NCBI GenBank assembly: GCA_040905565.1
Contig: JBBDRF010000068.1
Location: 1-20,491 of the forward strand
Direction of reading: 5' to 3'
DNA: 20,491 bases
From: Phycisphaeraceae bacterium
Lineage (GTDB): Bacteria; Planctomycetota; Phycisphaerae; Phycisphaerales; Zrk34
Part shown: positions 17,100-20,491 of the stretch, one piece after another
How positions within the stretch are numbered: the first letter of the stretch is position 1
Layout: each line of letters opens with the position of its first letter
Made by a program: the position numbers and the translations under genes
Notes under the pieces: model-generated
What the model was told of the DNA's origin: nothing
What the model saw: only the letters and a program-made list of their open reading frames with translations
The model's database searches: none

Positions 17100-17774
17100 A
17101 TGCTTGAAGCCATAGTTTTCGATTTTGACGGCATCGTCGTGGACAGCGAACCGCTCCACTATAAGGCCTTTCTGCTGATCGCCGAGCCACTCGGGATCAG
17201 CTTCTCTTATCAACAGTACAAGCAGGAGTATATCGGCTTCGACGATCGCGATGGGTTCCGCGCCATGTTCGCCCAGCACGGCCTGCCGCTGGACGACCAA
17301 CGGCTCGCGCAGCTCATCGCCGACAAGGCCGAGGCGTTCGAACAGATCGTCGGCAACATCACGCCGTTCCCCGGCGTCCGCGCGCTCATCGAAGCGGCCG
17401 CGGCCGCCGTGCCGACCGCCATCTGCAGCGGCGCGATGCGCAGCGACATCGACGCCATCCTCCCCGCGGTGCTCGGCGAACATCACGCCGATCGGTTCAA
17501 AACCATCGTCACCGCCGACGATGTCACCCGCTCCAAACCCGATCCCGAGAGCTACGCGCTCGCCGCCAGCCGACTCGGTATCAACCCCGCCCGCGCGATC
17601 GCCATTGAAGACACGCCCGCCGGCCTGGCCTCGGCCAAGGCAGCCGGATTCCGGACGCTCGCGGTGACGAATACCTATCCCGAAGCTCACCTCGAAGAGG
17701 CGGACCATGTGGTCGAGTCGCTCGAGCAGGTGGACTTGGAAATGCTCCGCAATCAGTTCCGGATTCCCAGCTGA
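17100..17774 (+). CDS. HAD-superfamily phosphatase (beta-phosphoglucomutase/CbbY-like)
   Basis: FDFDGIVVDSE motif I, ICSG, SKPDPESY, IEDTPAGLASAKAAG. Confidence 0.94.
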   Translation: MLEAIVFDFDGIVVDSEPLHYKAFLLIAEPLGISFSYQQYKQEYIGFDDRDGFRAMFAQHGLPLDDQRLAQLIADKAEAFEQIVGNITPFPGVRALIEAAAAAVPTAICSGAMRSDIDAILPAVLGEHHADRFKTIVTADDVTRSKPDPESYALAASRLGINPARAIAIEDTPAGLASAKAAGFRTLAVTNTYPEAHLEEADHVVESLEQVDLEMLRNQFRIPS

Positions 17775-17882
17775 GCAGCGTGCGCACCAGCGCGGCAAGA
17801 TCGTCGCTGAAGCCGATTTTCGACCGCCTCGCAACGGGTTTCTATGACGGTTTTGGACGCGGCAACGGCGAACTTGTTGGTG

Positions 17883-18566
17883 TTACTTCTGTTTATGGCG
17901 CGAAATTTGGATGCGTTCGGCCGCTTCGCGCGCCAGGTGCGCATCGTGGTGTCGTGCTTTGACGTGCATGGTGCCGAACGGGCCCACTTCGACGACCTCG
18001 ATCTGCGCGCCCAGCGCGATGCCACGCTCCTCGAGATGGCGCAGAAATTGTTCTTCGTGGTCCGACACCCGGCGAACCTCCCCACGCTCGCCGGCTGCCA
18101 GTTCACTCAGCGGTAGAAAATCCTGCTGCTCAATGCTGCCTGTGGCGTCGGGGATTGGGGCACCGTGAGGATCGACCTCGGGATGCCCCAAGTAGCGGTC
18201 GATGTGCTCGATGAGCTGATCGGAAACGGCGTGTTCGAGCCGCTCGGCGTCGCTGTGGACCTGCTCCCATCCGAGCCCAAGTGTCTGCACGAGAAAGAGT
18301 TCGATCAGCCTGTGCCGGCGGATGATCTGCAGCGCCAGCCGTTCCCCCGCCTCAGTGAGCCGTACGCCCTGGTAGGGCTGGTAGTCGACCAGTCCCCGTG
18401 CCGCGAGCTGCTTAAGCATCCCGCTTACCGTGCCCCGGCCCAATCCGGTGCGGTCGGCGATGGCCTTCGTGGTCGCGCGGCGGCCCTGGCTCAAAAGCTT
18501 CCAGATGTGCTTGAGGTAGTCTTCGACGGCGACGGAGTGGGATTGTGTCGTGAAACCTTGCGACAT
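17883..18566 (-). CDS. DtxR/MntR family metal-dependent transcriptional regulator with FeoA-like domain
   Basis: EDYLK, HTH ..TVSGMLKQL, RRHRLIELFL, VHSDAERLEH, PEVDPHGAPIP, C-terminal FeoA/SH3-like region. Alternative in-frame ATG at 18599 overlaps the upstream stop (TGATG). Confidence 0.95.
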   Translation of the reverse strand: MSQGFTTQSHSVAVEDYLKHIWKLLSQGRRATTKAIADRTGLGRGTVSGMLKQLAARGLVDYQPYQGVRLTEAGERLALQIIRRHRLIELFLVQTLGLGWEQVHSDAERLEHAVSDQLIEHIDRYLGHPEVDPHGAPIPDATGSIEQQDFLPLSELAAGERGEVRRVSDHEEQFLRHLEERGIALGAQIEVVEVGPFGTMHVKARHHDAHLAREAAERIQISRHKQK

Positions 18567-18598
18567 GGCGAACAATGGTAACCCCCCGCGGCTGCGCA

Positions 18599-19183
18599 TC
18601 AAGGCGAGGGCGCGTCAGATTTCGCAAGTCGATCAATGGCACGGAGTACCGCCTCCTGCTGGGCCTGACGGTGGCGGGCGTAGGCGTCCCAGTCGACGGC
18701 GCGGCTGCGGCTGGGGGCGCCGTCGTTTTGCTCGATATTTGCAGTGTTTTGCGCCGTGACGATGCGGCGGTCGAGCCGCAGGGGAGGGTCGACCGTCGAC
18801 CGGTCCTGCTCGAGGTTCGGCAGGCCCAGATGGAAAACGGTGTTGGCGGGGATCATCTGAAAAATGTGCTGCTGCCCGCGGTGCTCGACCCGCATGTACT
18901 CGGAGCGATCGAACTCGGCGACGACGCCGGGCACGACGTAGAAGAGGCGGTCGGCGTTCTGCTTGCCGCGCTGGCGATATACGTAAGTTTCCTGTCCACC
19001 TTGGATACCGAGGCCGGACTGAAGTTCGCGCAGGCTGGTCGCGGTGGGGTCGACATCGTCAACAAGCGACTCGACGGGCTCATATCCGCGGCGCTGAAGC
19101 GGCTGGCTGCTCTGAAGCGGGCCGCTCGCCATGGCGGCGAAGGTGCAAAGCGAGAGCGTGACGAGGAGGAAGCGGCTGTTCAT
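18599..19183 (-). CDS. Secreted hypothetical protein
   Basis: Signal peptide MNSRFLLVTLSLCTFAAMA; fills the gap co-directionally and abuts the regulator gene; no recognised domain. Confidence 0.7.
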   Translation of the reverse strand: MNSRFLLVTLSLCTFAAMASGPLQSSQPLQRRGYEPVESLVDDVDPTATSLRELQSGLGIQGGQETYVYRQRGKQNADRLFYVVPGVVAEFDRSEYMRVEHRGQQHIFQMIPANTVFHLGLPNLEQDRSTVDPPLRLDRRIVTAQNTANIEQNDGAPSRSRAVDWDAYARHRQAQQEAVLRAIDRLAKSDAPSP

Positions 19184-19371
19184 GCTTTCATTGTATCGGC
19201 TGCTGTGGGGTGCGACGCAAGTGATTCTGGGGGTTGATCTACTGGGGGACAATTGCGGGAGTATCCGGGGGCTGTGAGTCGGCTGGTTGTTCTAAGCTTT
19301 GTTCGCCGGGGACATTTTCCACGGTGCGAATTATGGCTATATGAGTCGTGAGGATGAGAAAAGGAAGCGCC

Positions 19372-20454
19372 ATGAGCGTGATTGAGCGTAACGTGCGTCC
19401 TGTGGCGAACAGAACCGCGGGTCCGACGGGCGTTGGGTTGGGGGATGCGGCTGAGCGATTGGTGGGGGGGCCTTATGACGCGCTGGTCGATTCATCGCCC
19501 CAAGGCAGCATCTACTGTCGGCGGTGGTGGTTGGAAGCGGTGGCGCCGGGTGCGTGGCGGATTCTGACGGTCGAAAAGAATGGGTATCTGCATGCCGCCT
19601 GGCCGATCGTGCTGCGTGAGCATCTAGGTCGGACCAACGTGGTGATGCCGATGATGACGCAGAAGCTGGGCATCCTGTTTCCAGCGCCTCGGCCGAACCA
19701 GAAGTACGTCGAGCGACTGTCGACCGAGCATAAGCTGATCAACGAACTGATGGCGCAGCTTCCGGAGGGCGGAGCTTTTCGGCACAGTTTCCACGAATCG
19801 TTCACCAACTGGCAGATGTTCTACTGGCACGACTACAAGCAGACGACGCGTTACACGTATCTGCTGGAGGATGTGCACGATCACGACAAGCTCTGGGAGA
19901 ACATGCGAGGCTCGTGTCGGGGCGTGATCCGTAATGCGCGCAAGCAGGGACTGGAGGTCGATGAGGATGTGCCGTTCGAGGACATGCTGGCGCTGAACGA
20001 CATGACGTTCGAGAGGCAGTCGCTTGAGACGCCGGTGACGCATGACCTGCTGCGGCGGATCGACCGGGCGTGCAGCTTGTATGGCGGGCGACGTGTGTTC
20101 GGCACGCGTGATCGGCAGGGGCGACTGCATGCAGCGGTTTACGTGGTGTGGGATAACGGCACGATGTACGCGCTGATGCTGGGGTCGGACCCGAAGATTC
20201 GGCACACGGGGGCGTTGAAACTGGCGGTGTGGCAGGCGATCAAGTTCGCGAGGCAGGTGGTGGATCGGTGGGATTTTGAAGGGTCGATGATGCCAAGCGT
20301 TGAGGCGTCGAACCGTGACCTTGGCGGCGTGCAGCGGCCTTACTTCGTGATCAGCCGACTCGGGCGACCGAACACCGCGCAGCGTGCGGTGCGGAAGCTT
20401 GGGCGGATGGCGACGCGCGTGCTTCCGTTGCGGGTGACGGAAGGGTTGGTTTGA
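19372..20454 (+). CDS. GNAT/FemAB-like acyltransferase (Acetyltransf_6-like; a type often found near polysaccharide loci)
   Basis: AAGGA RBS and ATG at 19372; SPQGSIY...WWLEAV, WQMFYWHDYKQTTRYTY, IRNARK, VWD...Y.L.LGSDP, DFEGSM...VE...R..GG. Confidence 0.88.
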   Translation: MSVIERNVRPVANRTAGPTGVGLGDAAERLVGGPYDALVDSSPQGSIYCRRWWLEAVAPGAWRILTVEKNGYLHAAWPIVLREHLGRTNVVMPMMTQKLGILFPAPRPNQKYVERLSTEHKLINELMAQLPEGGAFRHSFHESFTNWQMFYWHDYKQTTRYTYLLEDVHDHDKLWENMRGSCRGVIRNARKQGLEVDEDVPFEDMLALNDMTFERQSLETPVTHDLLRRIDRACSLYGGRRVFGTRDRQGRLHAAVYVVWDNGTMYALMLGSDPKIRHTGALKLAVWQAIKFARQVVDRWDFEGSMMPSVEASNRDLGGVQRPYFVISRLGRPNTAQRAVRKLGRMATRVLPLRVTEGLV

Positions 20455-20491
20455 GGGGGGGGGCGTGGCGCGGGAAAGGGGGGGGAAGTGG

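Noticed and set aside
20455..20491. G-run tract at the window end (possible G-quadruplex)
   Set aside because: Truncated low-complexity edge sequence, consistent with local G skew or an assembly end; no function can be supported.
1..20491. CRISPR arrays, tRNA/rRNA genes, transposase or integrase genes
   Set aside because: No regularly spaced repeats, RNA gene signatures or recombinase motifs were seen.

Overview
GC-rich bacterial window, most likely Planctomycetota and possibly Phycisphaerae. This is inferred from a PEP-CTERM protein, a planctomycete cytochrome c/DUF1592-type plus DUF1552 gene pair, and exported Gfo/Idh/MocA oxidoreductases. From left to right: a truncated secreted protein (TIGR02597-like N-terminus), a PEP-CTERM protein, a DUF1552 protein with its diheme DUF1592/DUF1588-type partner carrying two inserted LamG domains, a lipoprotein, an aldo/keto reductase, two divergent exported Gfo/Idh/MocA oxidoreductases, a DeaD-type RNA helicase, a two-gene signalling module, a GlmU-like protein, a HAD hydrolase, a DtxR/MntR regulator, a secreted hypothetical protein and a GNAT/FemAB-like acyltransferase. 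The most notable item is the signalling module (13536-15670). It encodes an HTH-less protein with a phycobiliprotein-like globin domain and a CarH-type B12 photosensory domain (photoglobin/photocobilin-like), overlapping a PAS-like/coiled-coil/GGDEF cyclase. The pair is bracketed by identical 27-bp REP-like direct repeats. Non-coding signals include a REP doublet with compensatory changes, a pseudo-palindromic bidirectional promoter, -10 boxes directly upstream of several start codons (possible leaderless mRNAs) and patchy C/G strand skew. All family assignments come from motif recognition by eye; no searches were run.
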